Below the pieces are notes generated by a model. The model did no database searches, was not told the origin of the DNA, and saw only the letters and a list, made by a program, of their open reading frames with translations. The position numbers and the translations under genes were made by a program. From the IMG/VR virus record IMGVR_UViG_3300037761_000323: DNA of 45,917 nucleotides, one strand, 5' to 3'. Below, one piece after another: positions 15,314 to 22,989 of this stretch; the stretch's first letter is position 1, and every line of letters starts with the position of its first letter. This DNA comes from a virus.

Positions 15314-15477
15314 CGGTCGGCCCGACCGCGGGGGATGCCCGCCCGGCGGCCCTTGCGCCCCGTGGCTGGCGCGGTCCGCGGCGGCGTGTCGACGCGCTCG
15401 AGCTCCTTGAGCTGTTTGGGCGTCCCGTGCATCCTCGACTTCCTCCCCTTCTTCCCGTACCCGATTCCCTTCGGCAT
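15310..15477 (-). CDS. 55-aa highly basic micro-protein, below the ORF-track size cut-off.
   Basis: My own translation is MPKGIGYGKKGRKSRMHGTPKQLKELERVDTPPRTAPATGRKGRRAGIPRGRADR. Its ATG shares a base with the TerL TAA (TAATG) and its TGA overlaps the next ATG (ATGA). 50 of 55 third codon positions are G or C. Confidence 0.6.
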   Translation of the reverse strand: MPKGIGYGKKGRKSRMHGTPKQLKELERVDTPPRTAPATGRKGRRAGIPRGRADR

Positions 15478-17240
15478 TAGTCGATCCTCTCGATGATGGA
15501 GGGGTTGATCGCCGGGTCTCTCGGCGATGGAGTGTCCCGGATTCTACGGTGCTCGAGCTCGGCCAGCAAAGCCTCCTTGTCCCAGGCGCCGAGCTCCGTC
15601 TCCTCCTCGGGGTGGATCCGCTCGCGCACCCGGTTCCAGAGGAGCACGGAGTCGCCCTTGTCGGGGCTCCGGCCGAGGCGTTTCATGACCTCCGCCTTCT
15701 CCTCGACCTGGATCTTGCCAAGGACGCTCTTCCAGCGGATCGAGCGGAGATCCTCGTGGAGCTCCTGATCGGGCGGGAGCGCGATCCGGTTCATCTGGAG
15801 GTCGAGCGCGAGCCGCCACGCCATCGCCGCGCGCTCGTTCCGGTAGAGGACCTCCTCGCGCACGACCTCGCCCTTCTCGTCGAGCAGCGTCTCGTCGATC
15901 GAGGGCACCGCCAACGAGCCCGGGTTGATCGCCTGCACGTAGATCCCGAGCTCCTTGAGCTTGTCGACCGTGCCGCCGCCGTAGCCGCCGCCGACGTCGA
16001 CGCCGACGTGGCGCTCGTGGATGTCGCGCGTCGTTATCATCACCGCGAGCCGCACGCCGAGCTGCGCGACGTCGGGGCAGGGGAAGGAGATCACCTCGTC
16101 GAGGTGCGCGCCAAGCCCGTCCGCGATCGCCGCCTTGTCGCCGTCCTCCGAGCGCGCGACGTCGACGCCGAGCCCCGGGAAGCCCCACCGAAGGTCCTGA
16201 GCCCGCCAGCGGTCGGCCGCCCGGTCGAGCCAGACCTGGCGGATGAGCGCCTCCTGGTGCTCCGGCGGGCTGATCCCCCGGACGCGCGACTGGTAGTGCC
16301 GATGCTCGACGCCGTAGCGGCGGAGCCGGCGCAGGATCGACGCCCTCGAGACCGCGCCCGGTACGATCATCACGTCGCCCTTGACGTCGCTCCACTCCGG
16401 GTCGCGGGCGTTGTTGCAGACGATGTTCGGGTGATCGAGCGCGCTGATCCGGATGTGGACGGTCGACTCGAGCTCGCAGAACTGGTGCAGCGCGTCGTCC
16501 TGGCTGTCCGGGTTGCCGACGTAGGTGCGGAGGTTGTGGGGCGCCGTGCAGGTATTCTCGAGGCCCTGCGACGCCGCCTGGTGGAACTCCTGCGCCTCCT
16601 CGACGCTGATGTGCATGTGGGGCGCGTGCATCCCCGCGGCGCCGGCGGCGATCTCGGTCGCCGCGCCCACCTCGACGCCCTGACCGAACGCGCCCCACCC
16701 CACGCTGTCGCCCTCGCGGAGCTTGCCGTCCATCCGGATCCGGAGGGCCCCGAGCGTCGCGGAGGGGAAGAGGACCTTGAATCGGGGCCAGAGCTTGCCG
16801 AGCTCCATCCACGAGTACTCGCTGAGCTGGTCCTTCTTCGAGGCGAAGTCGAAGCAGCGCGCGCCCTGCCAGGACGCCAGAAACCACAGCTTCACCAACG
16901 CGAGCCCGAAGCTCTTGCCCGTCCCCGTCCCGCTCTCCACACCGACGTCCTTCCACTCCGCCGTCGCCCGGAACCATGCGGCGAGCGGGTCCGGCGTGCC
17001 GTCCCATATGTGGCCCTCGTACTCCGGGAGCTCGCTCCACACCAGCGTCTCGCGACGGATCCCGAGCTCGGCCGTCATGAAGCCGATCGGGTCGTCCTGG
17101 TAGTGCGCCATCCCGGGCGGCGCCTCGGCGGCCGTCACGATCTCCGCCCCAGCCTTGCGGATGCCCTCGGCCACCATCGAGCGCGGCCGCTGCTCCCACC
17201 ACGCGCCGGCGAGCGGCGCCGAGCTGCTCCGGTCGGTCAC
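15477..17240 (-). CDS. terL: Terminase large subunit.
   Basis: Walker A VESGTGTGKSF and Walker B-like HMHISVEEAQ, followed by a C-terminal nuclease-sized domain. GTG at 17240 overlaps the upstream stop (GTGA). ATG at 17177 is an alternative start. Confidence 0.9.
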   Translation of the reverse strand: MTDRSSSAPLAGAWWEQRPRSMVAEGIRKAGAEIVTAAEAPPGMAHYQDDPIGFMTAELGIRRETLVWSELPEYEGHIWDGTPDPLAAWFRATAEWKDVGVESGTGTGKSFGLALVKLWFLASWQGARCFDFASKKDQLSEYSWMELGKLWPRFKVLFPSATLGALRIRMDGKLREGDSVGWGAFGQGVEVGAATEIAAGAAGMHAPHMHISVEEAQEFHQAASQGLENTCTAPHNLRTYVGNPDSQDDALHQFCELESTVHIRISALDHPNIVCNNARDPEWSDVKGDVMIVPGAVSRASILRRLRRYGVEHRHYQSRVRGISPPEHQEALIRQVWLDRAADRWRAQDLRWGFPGLGVDVARSEDGDKAAIADGLGAHLDEVISFPCPDVAQLGVRLAVMITTRDIHERHVGVDVGGGYGGGTVDKLKELGIYVQAINPGSLAVPSIDETLLDEKGEVVREEVLYRNERAAMAWRLALDLQMNRIALPPDQELHEDLRSIRWKSVLGKIQVEEKAEVMKRLGRSPDKGDSVLLWNRVRERIHPEEETELGAWDKEALLAELEHRRIRDTPSPRDPAINPSIIERID

Positions 17241-17443
17241 AGCTTGAGGCCCTTGTAGACGTAGCGGAAACCGTCCATGATCGGCCGCTCGCGGATGTAG
17301 ACCACATCGCTCGGGCGGAGCGGGGCCTTCACCGCACGGACGCTCGGGATTCCATTCTCCGCCACCCACAGCTCGGACGGAAGAACGCCTCCGAGGGTGA
17401 GCTCCTTCCCGTCGAAGGGCCCGCCGATGAAACGAGCGATCAA
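17237..17443 (-). CDS. 68-aa hypothetical protein.
   Basis: MIARFIGGPFDGKELTL... It is coupled by 4-nt overlaps on both sides. Confidence 0.55.
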   Translation of the reverse strand: MIARFIGGPFDGKELTLGGVLPSELWVAENGIPSVRAVKAPLRPSDVVYIRERPIMDGFRYVYKGLKL

Positions 17444-18066
17444 GGGACCTCGATGCGGAGCCAGTCCTCGAGGATCTGCTCGCGGACGCGCTCGTCGTGC
17501 ACCCTCGCGTTCACGGCCCGGCCCATCGCCTGCATCACCCGGTAGAACTGGCCCCTGGGGATGTACTTATCCGAGGTCGCGCGCTCGATGCGGAACACGA
17601 TGCGGCTGATCGCCTCCAGGAGCGGCGTGAGCTCCTGGAGGTCGGGCACCCGGCCGGGCCGCTCATCCCCTCCCCTCGAGGCGTTCCAGGCGAGCACGGC
17701 CTCGCGCAGGGCCGTGAAGCGCTCCGTCCAGTCGACGAGGATCGCGCGGGCGAGCGTGAGCTCGGGCACCACGTCCAGCGGGTTCGCGAGCGTCTCGAGC
17801 TCGGCGATGATCGTGGCGAGCCGCACGTCGGAGACCGTCGAGTAGATCCCGCTCCGGAGCCGCTTGTCGCGGTCCTCGTGCTTGATCCCGCCGTGTAAGA
17901 AGCAGGCGCCCTTCCCGACGTGCACGGTCCTCCAGCCCGCCGGCTGCGTGCAGAGGCCTCGGCCCTTCTTACGGGGCCGGCCGCACGTCGGGTAGGGGCG
18001 CTTGTAGAGCTCGCGATCGAAGGCCGCAAGCGCTGTCGAGTGACCGTCCTTGGGGCCTTCCATCAT
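17440..18066 (-). CDS. 208-aa protein with an N-terminal Cys/His-rich motif ending GKGACFLHGG. Second candidate small terminase or DNA-binding packaging factor.
   Basis: TCGRPRKKGRGLCTQPAGWRTVHVGKGACFLHGG resembles the C..C...G.G.C..HGG motif that I recall in some actinophage small-terminase-type proteins. It lies just upstream of terL. The function is uncertain. Confidence 0.4.
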   Translation of the reverse strand: MMEGPKDGHSTALAAFDRELYKRPYPTCGRPRKKGRGLCTQPAGWRTVHVGKGACFLHGGIKHEDRDKRLRSGIYSTVSDVRLATIIAELETLANPLDVVPELTLARAILVDWTERFTALREAVLAWNASRGGDERPGRVPDLQELTPLLEAISRIVFRIERATSDKYIPRGQFYRVMQAMGRAVNARVHDERVREQILEDWLRIEVP

Positions 18067-18090
18067 CGGGTCCGTGTCCGGAGCGCGCCA

Positions 18091-18294
18091 TCATGGGGTC
18101 CCAAGGTTGGCCGGCTCCTCGATGATGATGCGGCCGCCGAAGCGGTGGGAGGTCGTGTTGGAGCTCGGGATGAGAGCCCGCTCCATCGCGAGCTGGTAGA
18201 CGCGCTCCTTCTGCTCGCCGAGCGTCGCGCCCTCGATGTCGCGGCCGTGGAGATCGCCGTGTCCGTCGAGCCAGACGTGGGGAGGCGCGCTCAT
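18091..18294 (-). CDS. 67-aa hypothetical protein.
   Basis: ATG at 18294 overlaps the upstream stop (ATGA). Confidence 0.5.
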   Translation of the reverse strand: MSAPPHVWLDGHGDLHGRDIEGATLGEQKERVYQLAMERALIPSSNTTSHRFGGRIIIEEPANLGTP

Positions 18295-18557
18295 TCGGGG
18301 TCGGCCGTCATGAAGCCGATCGAGTCGAGCCCCGACGCCTCGAGCGCTGTCCTGATGGCGTTGACCGTGAGCCCAGCGCGCTCGATCGCGCGGAGCGCGC
18401 ACTCCTCCCGGCTCACGCCCTCGACGATCTCGTGGAGCAGCCGGAGCGCGAGCTGGAGGTCCTCCACGGCGGCGGTCGAGGGCCAGAGCCTCGGGTCCTC
18501 CGCCTGTTCGGCGACGACCCTGCGGAGGTGCTCGAGGACCTCCTCGGGGCTCACCAT
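18291..18557 (-). CDS. 88-aa helical hypothetical protein.
   Basis: ORF track, coding-like composition, overlaps the upstream gene by 7 nt. Confidence 0.55.
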   Translation of the reverse strand: MVSPEEVLEHLRRVVAEQAEDPRLWPSTAAVEDLQLALRLLHEIVEGVSREECALRAIERAGLTVNAIRTALEASGLDSIGFMTADPE

Positions 18558-18877
18558 GGCATCCCCTCCCGGCGACGCGCGAGCTCGTCCACGAGCTCCC
18601 CGAGGTCGTAGGCCTCCGGCTTACAGGCGGGGCAGGGCGCAGCCTCCGCTCCGCAATCGCATCCGTAGTGCGGCACGTTCGGGTGCCGGCGGCAGACCGT
18701 GAGGGTGGAAAAGCACCGGGGACAGAAAAACTCGAGCTGGCGCCGGAGCTCCTCGGGGAGCTCGGCGACGGGGAGGCTCACCACTTCGCGGACGAGGTAG
18801 ACCAGCCCCACGAGGGCGCCCGTCGCAATGAAGCCGATCAACACGCCCATGGCGATGCGAAGGATGTCGACCGCCAC
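18551..18877 (-). CDS. 108-aa membrane-anchored Cys-rich (zinc-ribbon-like) protein.
   Basis: TM helix ILRIAMGVLIGFIATGALVGLVYLV, followed by CPRC...C...CDC...CPAC. Confidence 0.6.
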   Translation of the reverse strand: MAVDILRIAMGVLIGFIATGALVGLVYLVREVVSLPVAELPEELRRQLEFFCPRCFSTLTVCRRHPNVPHYGCDCGAEAAPCPACKPEAYDLGELVDELARRREGMPW

Positions 18878-18891
18878 GAGCGAGCTCCAGG

Positions 18892-19188
18892 TCAGGGACG
18901 GGAAGCGGGGTCGTGGGCCCGAAGGTGCGCGTGCAGGGGCTCGGGCGGCAAGGCCTCCTCGAGGATCCTCCGCTCACGGGCGTAGTCCTCTTCGATGATC
19001 GCCGCGTGGCGCGGACGGTCGGCCTCCTCCTCCTCCAACTCCCGCCGGCGCTGAGCCGTCGCGACGAAGTAGCGCGTGAGCGCGTACTCGACGATGTGGG
19101 CCAGGAAGCTCGGCCGCTCGAGGTGGAGCGCCTCCGCTTCGGCCGCGAGCTCGTCCGGGAGCTCTATCGCGATCGTGACCGCCTTCAT
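18892..19188 (-). CDS. 98-aa ribbon-helix-helix (CopG/Arc-like) DNA-binding protein. The call is tentative.
   Basis: MKAVTIAIELPDELAAEAEALHLERPSFLAHIVEYALTRYF fits a strand-helix-helix pattern. ATG at 19188 is preceded by GGGAGG and overlaps the upstream stop (ATGA). Confidence 0.5.
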   Translation of the reverse strand: MKAVTIAIELPDELAAEAEALHLERPSFLAHIVEYALTRYFVATAQRRRELEEEEADRPRHAAIIEEDYARERRILEEALPPEPLHAHLRAHDPASRP

Positions 19189-19847
19189 GGGGACCTCCCG
19201 TAGATCATGTTGCGGCCGTCGAGCCGGCGGCCGACGTAGCCGTACGGATCGAGCAGATCGCCGACCATCGCGGCCCGGTCGCCGCCACTCCCGCTCTCGA
19301 CCTCGACGATGAGCGTGGGATGATACCGCTCGATCGTCAACGCCGCCCCGAGGAGGACGAAGGGCTCGTGGCCCTCGACGTCGATCTTGATGAGCGACAC
19401 CCGCCGCCGCGGCGCGAGCCGGTCGATCGTCACGATCTTCGTCGGGCCGCTGGGATCGGCGGCGCGGAGCTTGCCCGTCGAGCAGATCCCCTTCCGCTCG
19501 TCCGTGATCTCCATGGAGCCGGTGCCACGGAAGGCGCCCGCGGCGACGTTCATGACGCGGGCGTGGCCCGTCGTGAATCCGTTGTGCCCGAGGTTCTCGA
19601 TGAGGCGGAGGTAGCCGGAGGGGTTCGGCTCGAGCGCGATCACCTCCCGGGCGCCGGCCTGGAGCGCGAGGATCGTGAAGAGCCCCGTGTACGCGCCGAC
19701 GTCGATCACGGACCCGTCCGGATCCGCCACGATCGCGGCGAGAAAAGCGGCAACCGTCTCGGGCTCGAAGCTGCCCTTGCCTTGGTCGACGAAGAGCGCG
19801 ATCCGGTCCCGCTCGAGCCGGAGCTCGACGCCGTGAACGAGCGTCAC
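19185..19847 (-). CDS. FkbM-family SAM-dependent methyltransferase, 220 aa.
   Basis: VIDVGAYTGLFTILALQAGAREVIALEPNP...SLIKIDVEGHEPFVLLGA...LIVEVE matches the Methyltransf_21/FkbM signature. GTG at 19847 overlaps the upstream stop (GTGA). Confidence 0.85.
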   Translation of the reverse strand: MTLVHGVELRLERDRIALFVDQGKGSFEPETVAAFLAAIVADPDGSVIDVGAYTGLFTILALQAGAREVIALEPNPSGYLRLIENLGHNGFTTGHARVMNVAAGAFRGTGSMEITDERKGICSTGKLRAADPSGPTKIVTIDRLAPRRRVSLIKIDVEGHEPFVLLGAALTIERYHPTLIVEVESGSGGDRAAMVGDLLDPYGYVGRRLDGRNMIYGRSP

Positions 19848-20863
19848 TCCTCCCGCCAGGCGTCGACGTCGATGCAGTACTTCTCGGCCAGCATGATCGC
19901 GGCGATCCGATCGGCCGCCTTCGGAGACACCCGCCCACGGAGGCGGACGTGGACTTCCGTGGCCCCGTCGAGGCGCGTCAGCCGGAAGTCGCCCCACGGG
20001 CCCTCGAGCGTGAGCTCCTCCGTGGCGGCCCCGTCGGTTGGATTCTCTTCGTCCTCCATGAGTCTCGCGATGTGCCTCGGGAGCGCGAGGGTGCCATCGC
20101 CCCACGGGCCGCGGGGCTCTGCCGCTGCCAATGCAGGATGAGGCGCGCTCGGCGACGCATCTTTTTCCGTCCCATCGTCTTCCGGCCCTGGATGCTTACC
20201 CCCCACCGAGGCATCGCTTTCGGGAGAGGACTTGAGTACGAAGACGCCGTGTTCCTGGATGAGCTCTTCCGCGCTCGGCGGTGGGCTCGCTCGAGCCTCG
20301 AACTCCGCGGGTGACATTGGCTCGGTGTCTGGCGGGGTGATCGACTTCATGAGCTGCTCCAGTGTGAGTGTCCCCGTCCAGCCCGCGCGGTGGAGTGCCG
20401 GCCGGATGTGCCCGTACCACGTCTGGCTCATCGTCGAGCCGAAGATGCCCTCCTCCCACCCCTTCGCATAGAGCTCCTCGACGAGCGCGGCCAGCTCCGG
20501 GACCTCGATCCCCCCCAGGTCCGCGCCGTTGATGATCCCGTCGCAGAAGTCCGCCGCGATCGGCTTCCCCGGTTTCCGCCCTCTCTTCGGCGCCGGTCCC
20601 GCTCGCCTCTTCTCGTAGTCCGCCTGACGGTCCTTGAGCGCGTCCCGGATGTAGCCGACGAGACGCTCGATGCGCTCGCTCGAGTATGAGCTGAGCGAGG
20701 CCCGGAGGGCGAGCGCGTCGGAGATCGCCCGCTCCGTCACCCGGAGCCGGTCAGAGCCGAGCCAGAGCTCGGTCGCCATCCGTCCGGCAGTCTGCCGGTC
20801 GTGGGCCTCTTCGTTCCGGGCGAGCGAGGCCTCGCGCTCCGCCGCCAGGTCGATCTCAGACAC
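19844..20863 (-). CDS. 339-aa hypothetical protein.
   Basis: GTG at 20863 overlaps the upstream gene by 8 nt. The N-terminal 61 aa of the track ORF (Ser/Arg-rich) are rejected as non-coding frame. No recognisable domain. Confidence 0.5.
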   Translation of the reverse strand: MSEIDLAAEREASLARNEEAHDRQTAGRMATELWLGSDRLRVTERAISDALALRASLSSYSSERIERLVGYIRDALKDRQADYEKRRAGPAPKRGRKPGKPIAADFCDGIINGADLGGIEVPELAALVEELYAKGWEEGIFGSTMSQTWYGHIRPALHRAGWTGTLTLEQLMKSITPPDTEPMSPAEFEARASPPPSAEELIQEHGVFVLKSSPESDASVGGKHPGPEDDGTEKDASPSAPHPALAAAEPRGPWGDGTLALPRHIARLMEDEENPTDGAATEELTLEGPWGDFRLTRLDGATEVHVRLRGRVSPKAADRIAAIMLAEKYCIDVDAWREE

Positions 20864-21062
20864 GGGATAACGGACGCCGCCGCACCTCCGGCGGGAAGAG
20901 GCGCGCAATCGCCCGCACGGCGACGAGCGCGGTCGTGCGGCACGTCCGGAGCGCGGGCGCCGGATCGCTCTCGAGCTCCACGAGGATGCGCTTCGCGCGC
21001 TGCGCGTGTTGGAGCGCCCGGCCGAGGTCGATGATGATGTCGTCAAGCTGCTGAGCCGTCAT
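20856..21062 (-). CDS. 68-aa hypothetical helical protein.
   Basis: MTAQQLDDIIIDLGRALQHAQRAKRILVELE... ATG at 21062, inside the end of the TerS-like gene. Confidence 0.5.
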   Translation of the reverse strand: MTAQQLDDIIIDLGRALQHAQRAKRILVELESDPAPALRTCRTTALVAVRAIARLFPPEVRRRPLSRV

Positions 21063-21306
21063 GGGCTTCCCTCCTGAGCTTCTCGAGCTCCTTGATGCGG
21101 GCCTGGATCTCCGGCCGGCGTAGTAGGCGGACCGCGGCGGTCGTCGCCACGGGTCCTGTTGACTTGTACCCGGCCGCTTCGTACGCCCGGGTGGCGTTCC
21201 TACGTGGTTTCTCCCTCCACGTCGAGGAGCTCCCATTCTTCGGCGGGTGGCCCTGGACGTAGAACTGGCAAAAGAGCTCGTGGCGGACTTTCTCGAGGCG
21301 CCCCAC
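21043..21306 (-). CDS. Terminase small subunit-like HTH protein (Terminase_2/P27-type N-terminal domain), 87 aa.
   Basis: HELFCQFYVQG...NATRAYEAAGYKSTGPVATTAAVRLLRRPEIQARIKEL matches the FCxEY...NAtxAaxxAGYs...a...a.rLL....i..ri pattern. GTG at 21306 is one nt after the upstream TGA. Confidence 0.6.
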   Translation of the reverse strand: MGRLEKVRHELFCQFYVQGHPPKNGSSSTWREKPRRNATRAYEAAGYKSTGPVATTAAVRLLRRPEIQARIKELEKLRREAHDGSAA

Positions 21307-21307
21307 G

Positions 21308-21634
21308 TCAGTCCTTGTACGCGAGCGGGAGCTCGGCCCGGTCCAGCCGCGGCCTCCGCCCGTACTCTCGATCGACCGCGAGGCCGTCCCGCTCGAGCGC
21401 GTCGAGCGCCTGGCGCAGCCGGCCGAGCGCGATCCGGTAGTCTGGCGCCGGCGGCGCGGCGTCATGTCTCGAGGCCTCGCACCACGCCGAGCGCCTGCTC
21501 CGGACGATCTCGCGCGTGAGCGCGTTCCTGCTCGTACCGCACCGGCCGCACACCTGTTGCGGCGTGTGCAGCGGACCCTCGGGCGTCTTGACGACAGCGA
21601 CCGAAGGCCCTCCCCACTGGTGATGGAAGATCAT
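21308..21634 (-). CDS. First gene of the long minus-strand block, about 108 aa, function unknown.
   Basis: ATG at 21634 preceded by GCGAGGTGCGCC. The track start at 21661 is GTG and is the alternative. Confidence 0.5.
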   Translation of the reverse strand: MIFHHQWGGPSVAVVKTPEGPLHTPQQVCGRCGTSRNALTREIVRSRRSAWCEASRHDAAPPAPDYRIALGRLRQALDALERDGLAVDREYGRRPRLDRAELPLAYKD

Positions 21635-21688
21635 GGCGCACCTCGCGCGCAGAATGTTCACGCGATACTATCATAACGATCACCTGAA

Positions 21689-21703
21689 CCCCTCGGAAAG
21701 GAG
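21689..21703 (+). promoter_or_regulatory. Copy 1 of the conserved leader word, here CCCCTCGGAAAGGAG (extended SD context).
   Basis: Ends 8 nt upstream of the ATG at 21712. Confidence 0.5.
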
Positions 21704-21711
21704 CAGGACCT

Positions 21712-22215
21712 ATGGCTGAGCACGAGTCGTACCCGAACGTCGACGGCTTCTACGACGCCCACCCCGCCGCACGGCTCTCCCCGGAGTCCGACTATGGCGT
21801 GTGGTGGAAGGGCCCGGACGGCGACAACTGGCGCGTGACGTACGTGCACGAGACCGGGCACGTCTACGCGATCGGCCAGGGCGGGACCCGCTCCGGTCGG
21901 ATGGTCCTCGGCGGCGAGGACGTGCTCGTCGTGAGCGCCGGCAAGCTGAGCGGCCCCGTCGTGATCCTCGGCCAGCTCGCGCCGTTTCCGCGGGAGCTCG
22001 AGGAGGCGACGCGCCGAACGAACCGCTACGGCGTCGCTCCTCCGGGTCCGGCGGAGGCGGCACTCGACGGATGGGTGCAGAAGTGCGGCGAGCAGGGCTC
22101 CCTCGAGTGGGCGCTCGATCGCGTGCAGAGAGCCCAAGTCGAGCGGCTCTCGCGCGAGCGGAGCTCCGAGCTCATTCAGCGATCCCTCGACGACAACGAC
22201 CGGGGGGCCTCATGA
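21712..22215 (+). CDS. 167-aa hypothetical protein, first gene of the plus-strand block.
   Basis: ATG preceded by AAAGGAG. Sequence MAEHESYPNVDGFYDAHPAARLSPESDYGVWWKGPDGDNWRVTYVHETGHVYAIG... Confidence 0.6.
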   Translation: MAEHESYPNVDGFYDAHPAARLSPESDYGVWWKGPDGDNWRVTYVHETGHVYAIGQGGTRSGRMVLGGEDVLVVSAGKLSGPVVILGQLAPFPRELEEATRRTNRYGVAPPGPAEAALDGWVQKCGEQGSLEWALDRVQRAQVERLSRERSSELIQRSLDDNDRGAS

Positions 22216-22751
22216 AATACTGTATCTGCGGCGAGGTAGTGGAGAGCCACGTCACTTTCCATTGGCTCACCACCGAAGAAGGCCACTACGTCAACGACGA
22301 GAAGGCTCGGGCGAAGGAGAACCGGGACCGCCTCGAGGTCGAGCGGAACGGCCGCGCGGAGTGGCCGGTCAACCTCCAGCGTGCCGGCGCGCTCTTCGGT
22401 TCCCCGCCCAACCGGGCACCCGCCTTCCTGGCGGTCCCCTTGAAGCGCTTGTGGACGCCGGAGGACAACCTTCGCCGCGCGGGAAACGCCGTGATGCGGG
22501 ACCTCGGCTACGCCGTCTACGACCTCGAGCAGGGCTACCGGAAGGATGGCTCCAGCCGGCAGACCGTGGGCATCGGCGACTGCTACTTCATCGGCGACGT
22601 CGTACAGGGCTGGATCGAGTACAAGCGGTGGGACAACGAGCCGTCGCAGGCGCAGTACGCCTTCGCTCGCGAGGTCCTCGAGGCCGGCGGGATCTATCTG
22701 CTCGTCTACGACACCTACCAGCTCGCCACCTGGCACCAGTGGGAGGCCTGA
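22212..22751 (+). CDS. VRR-NUC / PD-(D/E)xK-type nuclease, 179 aa.
   Basis: GIGDCYFIGDVVQGWIEYKRWDNEPSQAQYAFAREVLEAGGIYLLVY fits the G.PD ... E.K ... Q pattern. N-terminal C..C motif. ATGA overlap with the upstream gene. Confidence 0.6.
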   Translation: MKYCICGEVVESHVTFHWLTTEEGHYVNDEKARAKENRDRLEVERNGRAEWPVNLQRAGALFGSPPNRAPAFLAVPLKRLWTPEDNLRRAGNAVMRDLGYAVYDLEQGYRKDGSSRQTVGIGDCYFIGDVVQGWIEYKRWDNEPSQAQYAFAREVLEAGGIYLLVYDTYQLATWHQWEA

Positions 22752-22978
22752 TGCGGAAACGCCGGAAGGTCCCGACGAAGGAAGAGAAGCTCGCGGCCGC
22801 GGTCCACGACGCGGCGAGCGCGCTCAACATGGCGATGCAACTCGCGGCTCGAGAAGGCCTCCGCGTCGAGGTGACCGTCCGCCGGCCCGACCGCCTGCTC
22901 CGCCGTATCTTCATCGACTGTACGGTGAGCATCGAGCTCGGGCCCACGAAGGACCCGGCTCAGGGCGACGACTTCTGA
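22751..22978 (+). CDS. 75-aa hypothetical protein.
   Basis: ATG shares a base with the upstream TGA (TGATG). Confidence 0.5.
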   Translation: MRKRRKVPTKEEKLAAAVHDAASALNMAMQLAAREGLRVEVTVRRPDRLLRRIFIDCTVSIELGPTKDPAQGDDF

Positions 22979-22989
22979 GGAGGTTCCCC

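Noticed and set aside
18892-19188. The RHH-like protein, considered as the antitoxin of a toxin-antitoxin pair.
   Set aside because: There is no adjacent toxin-sized partner. Its neighbours are the FkbM methyltransferase and a membrane zinc-ribbon protein.
21635-21711. The divergent gap between the long minus block and the plus block, considered for paired sigma70 promoters. It contains TATCAT at 21669-21674.
   Set aside because: No acceptable -35 element lies at 16-18 nt spacing on either strand. The gap probably does contain promoters, but they are not callable by eye.
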